Origin: Macrostomum lignano
Taxonomy: Eukaryota
Assembly: GCA_002269645.1 (NCBI GenBank)
Contig: NIVC01002693.1
Location: forward strand, 62,001-126,000
DNA length: 64,000 bases
Direction of reading: 5' to 3'
Both the position numbers and the translations under genes were made by a program. The notes under the pieces are model-generated. The model was not told the DNA's origin. It saw only the letters and a program-made list of their open reading frames with translations, and searched no databases. This document shows, in pieces, positions 11,774 to 23,625 of this stretch (positions are counted from its first letter, which is position 1; each line of letters starts with the position of its first letter).

Positions 11774-14700
11774 ATGGCTGAGGTGAGTACTAAGCAGCTG
11801 GCTGTCTATTGTGTTTGCCGTGCTGTTTTTTTTTTACGTAAACTCAGCATTATTGTCATTATTAAATACACGGTTTCTCGTAGTGATCAGGTAATCTGAA
11901 TCCATTTTTAGATCAAATAACTAAGCAGTTTTTTCTTAGGATTTGTACTTATTTGGGTCCACCCTCTGCAATGTTACGAAATATAATTTTTGCATCTTTG
12001 GCTGAGAGTCATGCCGCAGTCTCTGTTTTTGTGTTATGCGCGATGTACTCAACAGCTGCCGCGAAGTTGACAATGACAAGAACTTCAGTGGCGCTTTGAG
12101 ACGTCTCGGAGTCGCAGCATTTCAGACCTGCATGATCCGCAAGGGCGATCACATGACATCATATGTCAACCATTCGGCTGTTGCCTGAGCGACTTGCAAG
12201 AAGTGTTGAGAAGTTCAGCATGTCACACCAGCGTATGAACGCGCTAAGACTGGATGCGTTTAGTCATTGTTGACTCACCTGTGTTCTTGGTAACTTGGTT
12301 ACGAGCTCGTAATATCATTAAGCTGTTTCTCTGTACATTATGCACCCACTACCCCATTGACTGGTAATAAGTATATTTTATTGCGTTTATCCAAAATAAA
12401 TAAATGATTGTCGATATAAAGTACAATTATTGCGTTGCTTATTTATTCAAGCTTTCCTGAAGTCCTGTTCTTGCAACGCGACTTTCCTTCCTGCACTCGA
12501 GCGACAGATATTTAAAAGGTTATGGGACTCTGATGGCATCCAGCATCAAGGATGTCAGGTCAGCATGAAAGCCAATATTTCATCAAGTCGCACTGCTTGC
12601 TGATTTAACATCTCGAAGTGTCTGAGGCTAAGCTGGGTGGCAGAAAGTCTTTGACTTATTATTATTAAGTAGTTATATTATTAGTTATTAATTATTATTA
12701 ATTATTAATTATTAAGTAGAAGCTGTGGAAGCAAAGTACAAGCGCAATAACCAAAGGAATGAGGCACCATTGGCGAGCATCATTCGTTAGCGCCTCATCA
12801 CTAGTTGAGAACAGTTGTTGTTGTTGTTGTTGAGAATAGCAGGGTGAGACCGTCGACGCAGCCGAAGACACCGTGTCAGTTCTGCGATGCGATAGAGTTC
12901 CATGTTAATGACCTGCTTGTCACCTATCTTGCAGGCAGCAACACTGACTTCATTAGCTATCTGAGCAAGTTTGTCAAATTCGAGGTCTTGGCGATTTCAT
13001 CCTTCAAATATTTCTACTTTCTGTTTTGCAATACAGACTCGTACTTATCAGTTAGCTGGCTCCCTTCGTCTACCACGCTTTTCCCACAGACTAGCATAAC
13101 CGTTAATTTGCCACAGACATTTCAGCTACCCTGTTCTCTGTGTTAGTATAAATTCAAGTTCAACTCGCGGCTTCTGCCCTTCACCTCTGCTTCTCTTCTA
13201 CTGATTCCTTCCCCGCTAACCGCTCGTTCAATATTACTCGTAGTTTATTGTCAACTTCCACAAATTGGTAGCAGAGCGTGGTTCCTCTCTCTTCCTCGAC
13301 GAATCTATTCTACAAATTGGTAGCAGAGCGTCCGGATTACCATGGTTATCACGCGATCAACAACTGACCTATCTGGCGACCAGATCAAGCAGTCCAAGAA
13401 CGACCACAGCACAGCCTCTGCTGAAGCGCCAATCGACGCGGAGCAGCCGCACGTCGAAGCCAGTGACCCGCCGCCTGCTGCTTCAGCAGCCGCGACATCT
13501 GCTCTTCCCGCTGCTCCATCCACAACTGCGATCCCTGCAGCAGCTCCCGCTGCCTCCGTCGATATCAACGCCCTCCTGACCGCTATGACCGCCATGATGC
13601 AGCAGAATCAGCTGCTCATACAACAGCTCGCCGCTAATTCCCATCCTGCCCTGAAATCTGAGTCGTCGTCCGCAACCAGCGATAGCGATCCGGCCGCTCT
13701 AATCCACTCCACTGTTCTCCAGAAGGTTCGTCTCCCGACATTCGACGGCACCGACCCAACCGCATTCCCCGGGTTCTGGAACGCCTTCCTCTACCGCGTC
13801 GACCAATCCAGTTTCAACGACGTCGATAAGTTTGAGGCGCTCCGCGGTCTTCACTCTGGCTCGGCACTCCGGAAGCTTGGCGCCCTCGACGCTTGCCAGC
13901 CCAACGCCTACGCCGAAGCCTGCCGCGTCCTCCAGGCCAACTACGCCGATGCCCAGGAGCAGAAAAACGCCTTCTTCCAGATCCTTTTCGCTTTTCACTG
14001 CAGCTCCGCCTCCGACTTGGATGAGCTCGAGAATTACACCGACGCCCTCCGACTCGCTACCGGCCAGCTACTCCGCCTAGGTGAGCTCGCGTGCACCCTC
14101 GACAGCCGCGTCTACGCACTCTGGAACCGCCTCCCGCTCGAGCTCCAGACCGAAATCCGGAACAACCGCGCCGCCAACCTCGTGCCCACAATGGCCCAGC
14201 TCCAGGGCCTCTTTACTGATTACTTGCATGTTGTATCAAATGTACGATGCGAATTCGCTCGGCTCTTCTAGCTCCAATATCATCGATGCCAACATCCTCC
14301 GGTTCGTCATTGATGTCAGGCTGGATCGGCACAACCAGTGGAACTACTCTGTTGATCGCAATGTTATGCAGCACAAAACAGGCGCTTATTATCAAGCAAA
14401 ACTTGCTCGGATGGAATCGGAGACTTGCGGAATGACGATTCAGGCATTAAAATCGAGACTTTAGAATCCCGAATGAACATTCTATTTTCACCCGAGTTTG
14501 TCGCAGCCTCCGGTTGAAGTCGGTCTCTCTTGCATCTCTTTTGGAGTGTCGAAAACCTTCATGAGAAATGGTCTCAGAGGATATCCACTATCACCGACGA
14601 GGAATACTGCCACTAACACTTCTGATAGAATCTCCTTTAATGCAGAGTTGTTGAATATGAAAGAATCGGGTGTACTTCTCGGCCAGCATACTAGAATGTT

Positions 14701-17700
14701 CGTGAATGACATTGAGACACTGCACACAGCTTGAACATTAATAGAATAAAACGATTTTCTGTTCTCAAAAACATACTCATTGTTAGTTGGACTCTTGATA
14801 GCGACATTTGTGCAGTCGATAACACCAATGACATGTGGCAGTTCGGCAATCAAATGGAACCCGGCCATGGTCTGATTGATTTCAACGTGGCTCCTAGGAA
14901 AACTAACAAAGTTGTTCGTAGCGACTGTCAAATAGTCTATGTCCCGATTTCGGCACAGCCGTTGGCAACAAGGGTGATGCCAAGCACCACCTGTCGCGTA
15001 GAGGTTAAAGGACAGCAGGGCGATATCATCGGCTGTCTCTCGCGAATTCTGCTAGTTTCTGCACACACCCCGCCGAAGCAGAGAGTACTCGTAGACGTCG
15101 TTGATAGGAAGTGTAGATAGCGGCACCACCAAGTTGAGCAACGGACAAACAGAAATGGTGCTTTCTCATATATCGCGCTTTACCTACAAAGATCATGTCG
15201 AAAAAAGTCGGAAAGGCTGCCAGGTGATGACACGGCAGCCCATCAACATGATAGCGGAAAACAACTGCTCTGCCACTTTGAAGTCACATAGCACGACACT
15301 CACGACCGAACCGAGCGAAAATGTTTCTGCTCTGCCCTTCCCAATTTACCTATATGTCCTTAAGTTTCACAGCCAATATCATAGGCCTTTAATTACCCTA
15401 TACTAATTATAACCATCTGCCTAATCCGATTTCAGAGAGCTCTGAGTCCCAGCGAGTCCAGCGAATACGAGGCCTCCCAGCATCTCTACAGGCAGATCAA
15501 GCAGGCGGTAGCAGCCGGAGACGAACGGCTGACTGATGATCTGCTGTTCCAGGTGTCCGAGAGCATCGTCGGACCTGGAGAAGACTTCGCCAAAGGCGTC
15601 ATTTTTGCTGCAGCTCGGGACAGAGACGGACTGCCGGTTCTTCGATTACTGGAGATGGGGCACGGGGTCGACATATTTCGGCTGGTTGATAGCGATGGCG
15701 ACTCGGTGACTCACCTGGCAGCAAAGAGTCAGACTGCGGAGACGATGGAGTTCCTGAAACAGAAGCTGCAGGCAGCAGAAGCGGACTGGAACCCATTCGA
15801 AGCAAGAGATAGCAGGCAGAAAACAGTGATGCATAGGGCAGCTGAGAATCTCACAGATCATGGATCGACATTCCAATGGCTGATGTTCGAACTCGAAGCG
15901 GACTGTCTCACTGACAGAGATGCAAACAATAACACAGTCATCCACATTGCGGCTCAGTTCCAGAAGGCGGAATCAATGCAGTTCATCAAAGAGAAGATGA
16001 ATGGAGTCGAGTGTTTCAAGCTGAGAGGATGGAAGAACAAGACTGCAGTGCACTGTGCTGCATGCAATAAAGTGAGCAGCTCAGCACTCGAGTGGCTGGT
16101 GAACGAGCTCGGACCAGACTGTCTTCTTGACAGAGATGCAAACAATGACACAGTCATCCACATTGCGGCTGAGTTCCAGAAGGCGGAATCAATGCAGTTC
16201 ATCAAACAGAAGATGAATGGAGTCGAGTGTTTCAAGCTGAGAGGATGGAAGAACAAGACTGCAGTGCACTGGGCTGCTTGCAATGCTGTGAGCAGCTCAG
16301 CACTCGAGTGGCTGGTGAACGAGCTCGGACCAGACTGTCTCACTGCCGGAGATGCAAGCAATGACACAGTCATCCACATTGCGGCTCAGTTCCAGAAGGC
16401 GGAATCAATGCAGTTCATCAAACAGAAGATGAATGGAGTCGAGCGTTTCAAGCTGAGAGGAAGGCGAAACATGACTGCAGTGCACTGTGCTGCATGCAAT
16501 AAAGTGAGCAGCTCAGCACTCGAGTGGCTGGTGAACGAGCTCGGACCAGACTGTCTCACTGACAGATATGCAAACAATGACACAGTCATCCACATTGCGG
16601 CTGAGTTCCAGAAGGCGGAATCAATGCAGTTCATCAAACAGAAGATGAATGGAGTCGAGTGTTTCAAGCTGAGAGGAAGGCAAAACATGACTGCAGTGCA
16701 CTGTGCTGCTTGCAATAAAGTGAGCAGCTCAGCACTCGAGTGGCTGGTGAACGAGCTCGGACCAGACTGTCTCACTGACAGAGATGCAAACAATAGCACA
16801 GTCATTCACATTGCGGCTGAGTTCCAGAAGGCGGAATCAATGCAGTTCATCAAACAGAAGATGAATGGAGTCGAGTGTTTCAAGATGAGTGGATTTCAAA
16901 ACAGAACTGCAGTGCACTGTGCAGCTTTCAATACTGTGAGCAGCTCAGCACTCGAGTGGCTGGTGAACGAGCTCGGACCAGACTGTCTTCTTGACAGAGA
17001 TGCAAACAATAACACAGTCATCCACATTGCGGCTGAGTTCCAGAAGGCGGAATCAATGCAGTTCATCAAACAGAAGATGAATGGAGTCGAGTGTTTCAAG
17101 CTGAGAGGAAGGCAAAACATGACTGCAGTGCACTGTGCTGCTTGCAATAAAGTGAGCAGCTCAGCACTCGAGTGGCTGGTGAACGAGCTCGGACGAGGTT
17201 GTCTCATGGACAGAGATGCAGACAATGACACAGTCATCCACATTGCGGCTCAGTTCCAGAAGGCGGAATCAATGCAGTTCATCAAACAGAAGATGAATGG
17301 AGTCGAGTGTTTCAAGCTGAGAGGAAGGCAAAACAAGACTGCAGTGCACTGTGCTGCTTTCAATGCTGTGAGCAGCTCAGCACTCGAGTGGCTGGTGAAC
17401 GAGCTCGGACCAGACTGTCTTCTTGACAGAGATGCAAACAATGACACAGTCATCCACATTGCGGCTGAGTTCCAGAAGGCGGAATCAATGCAGTTCATCA
17501 AACAGAAGATGAATGGAGTCGAGCGTTTCAAGCTGAGAGGAAGGCGAAACATGACTGCAGTGCACTGTGCTGCATGCAATAAAGTGAGCAGCTCAGCACT
17601 CGAGTGGCTGGTGAACGAGCTCGGACCAGACTGTCTTCTTGACAGAGATGCAAACAATGACACAGTCATCCACATTGCGGCTGAGTTCCAGAAGGCGGAA

Positions 17701-19245
17701 TCAATGCAGTTCATCAAACAGAAGATGAATGGAGTCGAGCATTTCAAGCTGAGAGGAAGGCGAAACATGACTGCAGTGCACTGTGCTGCATGCAATAAAG
17801 TGAGCAGCTCAGCACTCGAGTGGCTGGTGAACGAGCTCGGACCAGACTGTCTCACTGACAGATATGCAAACAATGACACAGTCATCCACATTGCGGCTGA
17901 GTTCCAGAAGGCGGAATCAATGCAGTTCATCAAACAGAAGATGAATGGAGTCGAGTGTTTCAAGCTGAGAGGAAGGCAAAACATGACTGCAGTGCACTGT
18001 GCTGCTTGCAATAAAGTGAGCAGCTCAGCACTCGAGTGGCTGGTGAACGAGCTCGGACCAGACTGTCTCACTGACAGAGATGCAAACAATAGCACAGTCA
18101 TTCACATTGCGGCTGAGTTCCAGAAGGCGGAATCAATGCAGTTCATCAAACAGAAGATGAATGGAGTCGAGTGTTTCAAGATGAGTGGATTTCAAAACAG
18201 AACTGCAGTGCACTGTGCAGCTTTCAATACTGTGAGCAGCTCAGCACTCGAGTGGCTGGTGAACGAGCTCGGACCAGACTGTCTTCTTGACAGAGATGCA
18301 AACAATAACACAGTCATCCACATTGCGGCTGAGTTCCAGAAGGCGGAATCAATGCAGTTCATCAAACAGAAGATGAATGGAGTCGAGTGTTTCAAGCTGA
18401 GAGGAAGGCAAAACATGACTGCAGTGCACTGTGCTGCTTGCAATAAAGTGAGCAGCTCAGCACTCGAGTGGCTGGTGAACGAGCTCGGACGAGGTTGTCT
18501 CATGGACAGAGATGCAGACAATGACACAGTCATCCACATTGCGGCTCAGTTCCAGAAGGCGGAATCAATGCAGTTCATCAAAGAGAAGATGAATGGAGTC
18601 GAGTGTTTCAAGCTGAGAGGATGGAAGAACAAGACTGCAGTGCACTGGGCTGCTTTCAATGCTGTGAGCAGCTCAGCACTCGAGTGGCTGGTGAACGAGC
18701 TCGGACCAGACTGTCTCACTGACAGAGATGCAAGCAATGACACAGTCATCCACATTGCGGCTCAGTTCCAGAAGGCGGAATCAATGCAGTTCATCAAACA
18801 GAAGATGAATGGAGTCGAGTGTTTCAAGCTGAGAGGAAGGCAAAACATGACTGCAGTGCACTGTGCTGCTTGCAATAAAGTGAGCAGCTCAGCACTCGAG
18901 TGGCTGGTGAACGAGCTCGGACCAGACTGTCTCACTGACAGAGATGCAAACAATAGCACAGTCATCCACATTGCGGCTGAGTTCCAGAAGGCGGAATCAA
19001 TGCAGTTCATCAAACAGAAGATGAATGGAGTCGAGTGTTTCAAGATGAGTGGATTTCAAAACAGAACTGCAGTGCACTGTGCTGCTTGCAATGAAGTGAG
19101 CAGCTCAGCACTCGAGTGGCTGGTGAACGAGCTCGGACCAGACTGTCTCACTGATACTGATAGTTCACGTCGGTCTGCTTTATCAATCTGCGAACAACAT
19201 CAGAGCAGGCAAATTTTCGATCGACTGTCAAGATTAGTTCGCTAA
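11774..19245 (+). CDS. Ankyrin-repeat solenoid protein, copy A; join(11774..11782,15436..19245), ~1272 aa, 15 x 72-aa units
   Basis: ATGGCTGAG|GTGAGT is a phase-0 donor and CTAATCCGATTTCAG|AGA a phase-0 acceptor, in frame with ORF 15553-19245. TVIHIAA and TAVHCAA ankyrin helices are present. The period is 216 bp (15913 to 19153 = 15 x 216). The splice model is inferred. Confidence 0.85.
13266..13283 (+). promoter_or_regulatory. LTR-retrotransposon primer-binding site (tRNA-iMet-type), partly duplicated at 13318-13331
   Basis: TGGTAGCAGAGCGTGGTT lies 3 nt after a ...TTCCACA putative LTR end and precedes the gag ATG at 13342. It resembles the complement of initiator tRNA-Met 3' ends. Confidence 0.65.
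13342..14271 (+). mobile_element. BEL/Pao gag relic (DUF1759-like), open 309-aa frame, C-terminally truncated, intronic
   Basis: MVITRS start; [47 protein letters not shown]. No zinc knuckles or pol follow. Confidence 0.8.
14225..15210 (-). pseudogene. PIF/Harbinger transposase (HARBI1 / DDE_Tnp_4-like) relic, intronic
   Basis: [53 protein letters not shown] and [12 protein letters not shown], with stops and frameshifts. Confidence 0.85.
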
Positions 19246-20897
19246 AATCTGCTTTTTGCGCACTTACAACTGTTTTTATGTTAATAGTGCATATTTTAGG
19301 CTATTGGCAAGGCAACGCGCGTTTTTTTGTTGGTGGTGTTTTTTAATTCCATGGTTACGCTCACATACCGAAGAATATGCACGGATTGGTCTATTTACTT
19401 TTCCCGTAATTAGCCCACTTTTTCGACGGATGATGATAACTTATAAGCAGTCCCAATAGATTCGTTGACATTCTTGGATTCAACAATGAGGTACAAGTAA
19501 GATAACTTCAACAGGTATTATCCGGTTGAACCGCCAAGCAAATTCAGCTGGTATAATTTATTGCTGAGCATGGCTTCTCATCAATAGAGGTAGCTCGTAG
19601 AAAGCGAACGTCAGCAAGGTCTGTGCGAGTGCTGGCTGACGTTTCTGTGTATTTCTGTGGTTGACACTGCAAAATGCTGCTATATAGGACTTTTAAATGC
19701 GGAAGTTTTCATTGGCACTGGGAGTCCTATTTGGTTTTTCACCAGAATTTACTACTAAGTAATGGTTGCAGAGTAGATATACTAGTAAGTGCGGTAGAAT
19801 TCCATTAGTTTCTCTTATACTGATTCAATATGCACGCATATGAGTATTCCTCACCTTTTGCCTTTGATTTGACTGTTTATTATCTTACAAATTTTTGAAG
19901 ACTTATTTGATAATATCTCAGACCCTCTTGTAGTGTGAAGTAGCACCGAAGCCATGAAGTTTTTATAAAGACTTTGTTTCGTTAGACCTCCCAATATTTT
20001 ATCTGTTTCATAAATGATCGCAGTAATAACTTTTGGTGACACAGATTAATTTAATCCATTTTGTGCGTCGCTAATGCTAAGTTGTTTATTTTTCGTTGAC
20101 TGATTGCTGTCTGTTCGTAAAACTCATGCTCTTATTTACAGTGGCTTCTGACACTGGGTGTCTGACACTGAGTGCGCGCAACTCACTACTAACATGACCC
20201 ACCTAGGCATGTCAATTAAGACGCGTTTAGACTGCCATGAAAAGTGAAAAGTGCCACCAAACCATGCGACTTATGCACGGACAGAGAAACAAGAAAATAT
20301 TTAAAAGACGTGGAATCTGCACTCAAAAGCGATGTTAATCTAGTGGCAGTGTGAACGAATCTTTTGACTAAAATATTAAACCTCCGTTTGTTTTACCCAG
20401 GCTTACGCATGCTTATTCAGATTTTTGTGACTATTTATTAATCACTTTTATGCCCACATTTGTTTTACTCTGTGTAGCGAACTCTTATTTGCACGCCTTG
20501 ATGGTGCCACGATCCCGAATTCTCATCGCACCCCAGCCAATCGCGGCTGCACTCGTGTGATGACGTCACTGGTTGCTTAAGCAGCGGAGTTCAAGGTCTG
20601 TTCAGCAGTCACGTGATGCATGCTCTTGGATAAGCTTCCCCACCCTCCAATCCCAATTTTTGCTTTCCCGCCTTTCGAGGCGTCAATGGGAATCTGCAAT
20701 GCAGCTTCATCGCTACCATGCACTTGCACTTGCCCTCTCCGACCATTCCCATGAGGCTGACCTCCCCGTTTTCTTTTACTGGCCAAAATTGTCGCCAGCT
20801 TCTGCTGGGCCAGCGGCACCGACTGCTCCGTGAACTGCGACCGACCGGACCCGCTGCTGCCAGCGACCTCCCGACCTCCCTTAGTGTCAGCGACTGC

Positions 20898-21237
20898 CTG
20901 TTTTTGCTCTTGTAGACTGGTATGCTCAGATGTGAGCTGGTTTGCTGATCCATTTTTATTTCCTGATCGATTTTACCTACAATGATTTAAAGTACATATC
21001 GTACATAACTGTCTGTTTTTGCTCTTGTAGACTGGTATGCTCAGATGTGAGCTGGTTTGCTGATCCATTTTTATTTCCTGATCGATTTTTACCTACAATG
21101 AATTAAAGTACATATCGTACATAACTGTCTGTTTTTGCTCTTGTAGACTGGTATGCTCAGATGTGAGCTGGTTTGCTGATCCATTTTTATTTCCTGATCG
21201 ATTTTTACCTACAATGAATTAAAGTACATATCGTACA
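20898..21237. repeat. Three tandem copies of a ~115-bp unit (single copy in paralog at ~61497-61603)
   Basis: TGTAGACTGGTATGCTCAGATG starts at 20911, 21026 and 21142. Confidence 0.95.
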
Positions 21238-22585
21238 TTACTCAACGCTATTAACGCTTTGGCGATAACTTTGGAACTGAAAATTATTGCAGCCAATGTT
21301 TTGTTTATTTAAGTTGATTGACACGTCAGAATGGCAGCTGCAAAAGTAGGAGTAGAAGGAGCGGACTGCATGGACTCATACTGGAGTCAGGAGCGACACG
21401 CTCTGTCGTCGGTCAAATCCTCAGACTAAATCGAGTCCAAAGTTCGGTCATGTGTTGCTCTCAGAGGTCGTTACCTTGACTCCCCCTCTCTCTGCTTAGC
21501 CTTTAGTCTTCTGACGTCACGGACCAGTTTCTAAAATGGGGAAATGGGGAAAAATGGGGACTGATGAGTGGGCGGACGAATTCAGGTAGTAGAAAGTGAC
21601 ACAAATTATGAAAGTCTGGTGGATTGAGGTCCGAGAACAAACGAGATAACACTATTGAGAACAATAGAGGGATTGGAGAACAATGAGATGCCCAATTGAG
21701 CGGATATTGGAAAATGAGGAAATGGAGAGGGTGGTGCAGGGGTGATCACACGGGTAGAGTGTGCGAATCTGCTCGTATTAAATGCTCAAATTTGAGTGAA
21801 AAAGAGAGTCAGGGAGGACAACGCGAGTGAGCACTAAGAGTAATAGCATAATAATATGGACATTGACGTGAGTGGGAACAAACAATAGGAGGAAGGACTG
21901 CGTGAGCAGTTGGGGTGTGCAGATAAAAAGGGAGTTTTTGTGATTATTGGAGTGCGAACTGAGTGTCCTAAACTACCTTTTATGCATTTGCATTGTGCAT
22001 TCTACAATTTTATGATAGGCGGAATTGCGCAATTTGGAGCGTTGGAGAAATGAAAAAGGGGCAGCAGGGTGTGTCGCTGTAGGAAATGGCGGCCGCTTCA
22101 TCCCCGGCCGACACTGCGGAACCCCAGCCGAGTGTGTAGGAGCCGTCAGATACAAAATATTGACGGAACTCCCTGTGCCCAGACCAACTGGGTATTTCCG
22201 GAGTCTATGACCCTACTAAAATGTGTAGTATCTTTTCTACCCGATCCCAACCCTTTCCTTCCCTGGATGACTCATCGGATGACTCACTCCCTAGCTACTC
22301 CCAGCCACTCCTTTGTCGCCCAGCCCCACCTCCCGTGCTGCTGTTCAAAATCTTCCAAGCGAAACGCACCTAACGACCCCCACTCCCGTAAGCTGTTTTC
22401 CTCCCCGTCTCGTGACCTCCCATATTGATCCCCTCCTAGGCCGCGCACGCAACCCATTTTACGAACCAATCACAGCACGGTTAGGCAGGTGAAGTCTCTT
22501 GGCTGCTTGGCAACGCAGGTCAAGGTAGTTCAAGGATGTAATTGGCCCATTTTCGCTCGCCTTTATCTTCCCTGTAGGTGTTGAA

Positions 22586-23625
22586 GCTCACACTCACAGT
22601 CACTCTCTCACACTCACTCTCTCACATTTACTCTCTTAAACTCACTCTCTCACACTCACTCTCTCACACTCACTTTCTTACACTCACTCTATCTCACTCT
22701 GTCACACTCACTCTATCTCACTCAATCTCTTACACTCACTCTCTCACACTCACTCTCTCACATTTACTCTCTTAAACTCACTCTCTCACACTCACTCTCT
22801 CACACTCACTCTCTCACACTCACTCTCTCACACTCACTCTCTCACACTCACTCTCTTACACTCACTCTCTTACACCCACTCTCTTACACTCACTCTGTCA
22901 CACTCACTCTGTCACACTCACTCTGTCACACTCTCTCACACTCACTCTCTCACACTCACTCTCTTACACTCACTCTCTTACACCCACTCTCTTACACTCA
23001 CTCTGTCACACTCACTCTCTTACACTCACTCTCTCACACTCACTCTCTCACATTCACTCTCTCACACTCACTCTCTCACACTCACTCTCTCACATTTACT
23101 CTCTTAAACTCCCTCTCTCACACTCACTCTCTCACAGTCACTCTCTCACACTCACTCTGTCACACTCCCTCTCTTACACTCACTCTCTCACACTCACTTT
23201 CTTACACTCACTCTATCTCACTCTGTCACACTCACTCTATCTCACTCAATCTCTTACACTCACTCTCTCACACTCACTCTCTCACATTTACTCTCTTAAA
23301 CTCACTCTCTCACACTCACTCTCTCACACTCACTCTCTCACACTCACTCTCTCACACTCACTCTCTTACACTCACTCTGTCACACTCACTCTATCTCACT
23401 CAATCTCTTACACTCACTCTCTCACACTCACTCTCTCACATTTACTCTCTTAAACTCACTCTCTCACACTCACTCTCTCACACTCACTCTCTCACACTCA
23501 CTCTCTCACACTCACTCTCTCACACTCACTCTCTCACACTCACTCTCTCACACTCACTCTCTCACACTCACTCTCTCACACTCACTCTCTCACATTCACT
23601 CTCTTACACTCACTCTCTCACACTC
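22586..23625. repeat. 14-bp minisatellite (CTCACTCTCTCACA)n with variants
   Basis: Direct reading. Confidence 0.9.

Larger units (their letters stand above)
8860..21443 (+). repeat. Segmental duplication copy A (13-bp satellite to ankyrin gene 3' flank)
   Basis: Colinear with 51039-61810. Both end at ...AATCGAGTCCAAAGT, after which the sequences diverge. Confidence 0.95.

Noticed and set aside
15954-19043. Antisense ORFs over the ankyrin repeats
   Set aside because: They are shadow frames of the repetitive plus-strand CDS.
21375-21410. LILESGATRSVV resembling a retroviral protease DSGA motif
   Set aside because: The catalytic Asp is Glu, and there is no other pol context.
21561-21585. Hammerhead-like CTGATGAG..CGAA
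   Set aside because: Reads GAAT instead of GAAA, and no stems I or III could be formed.
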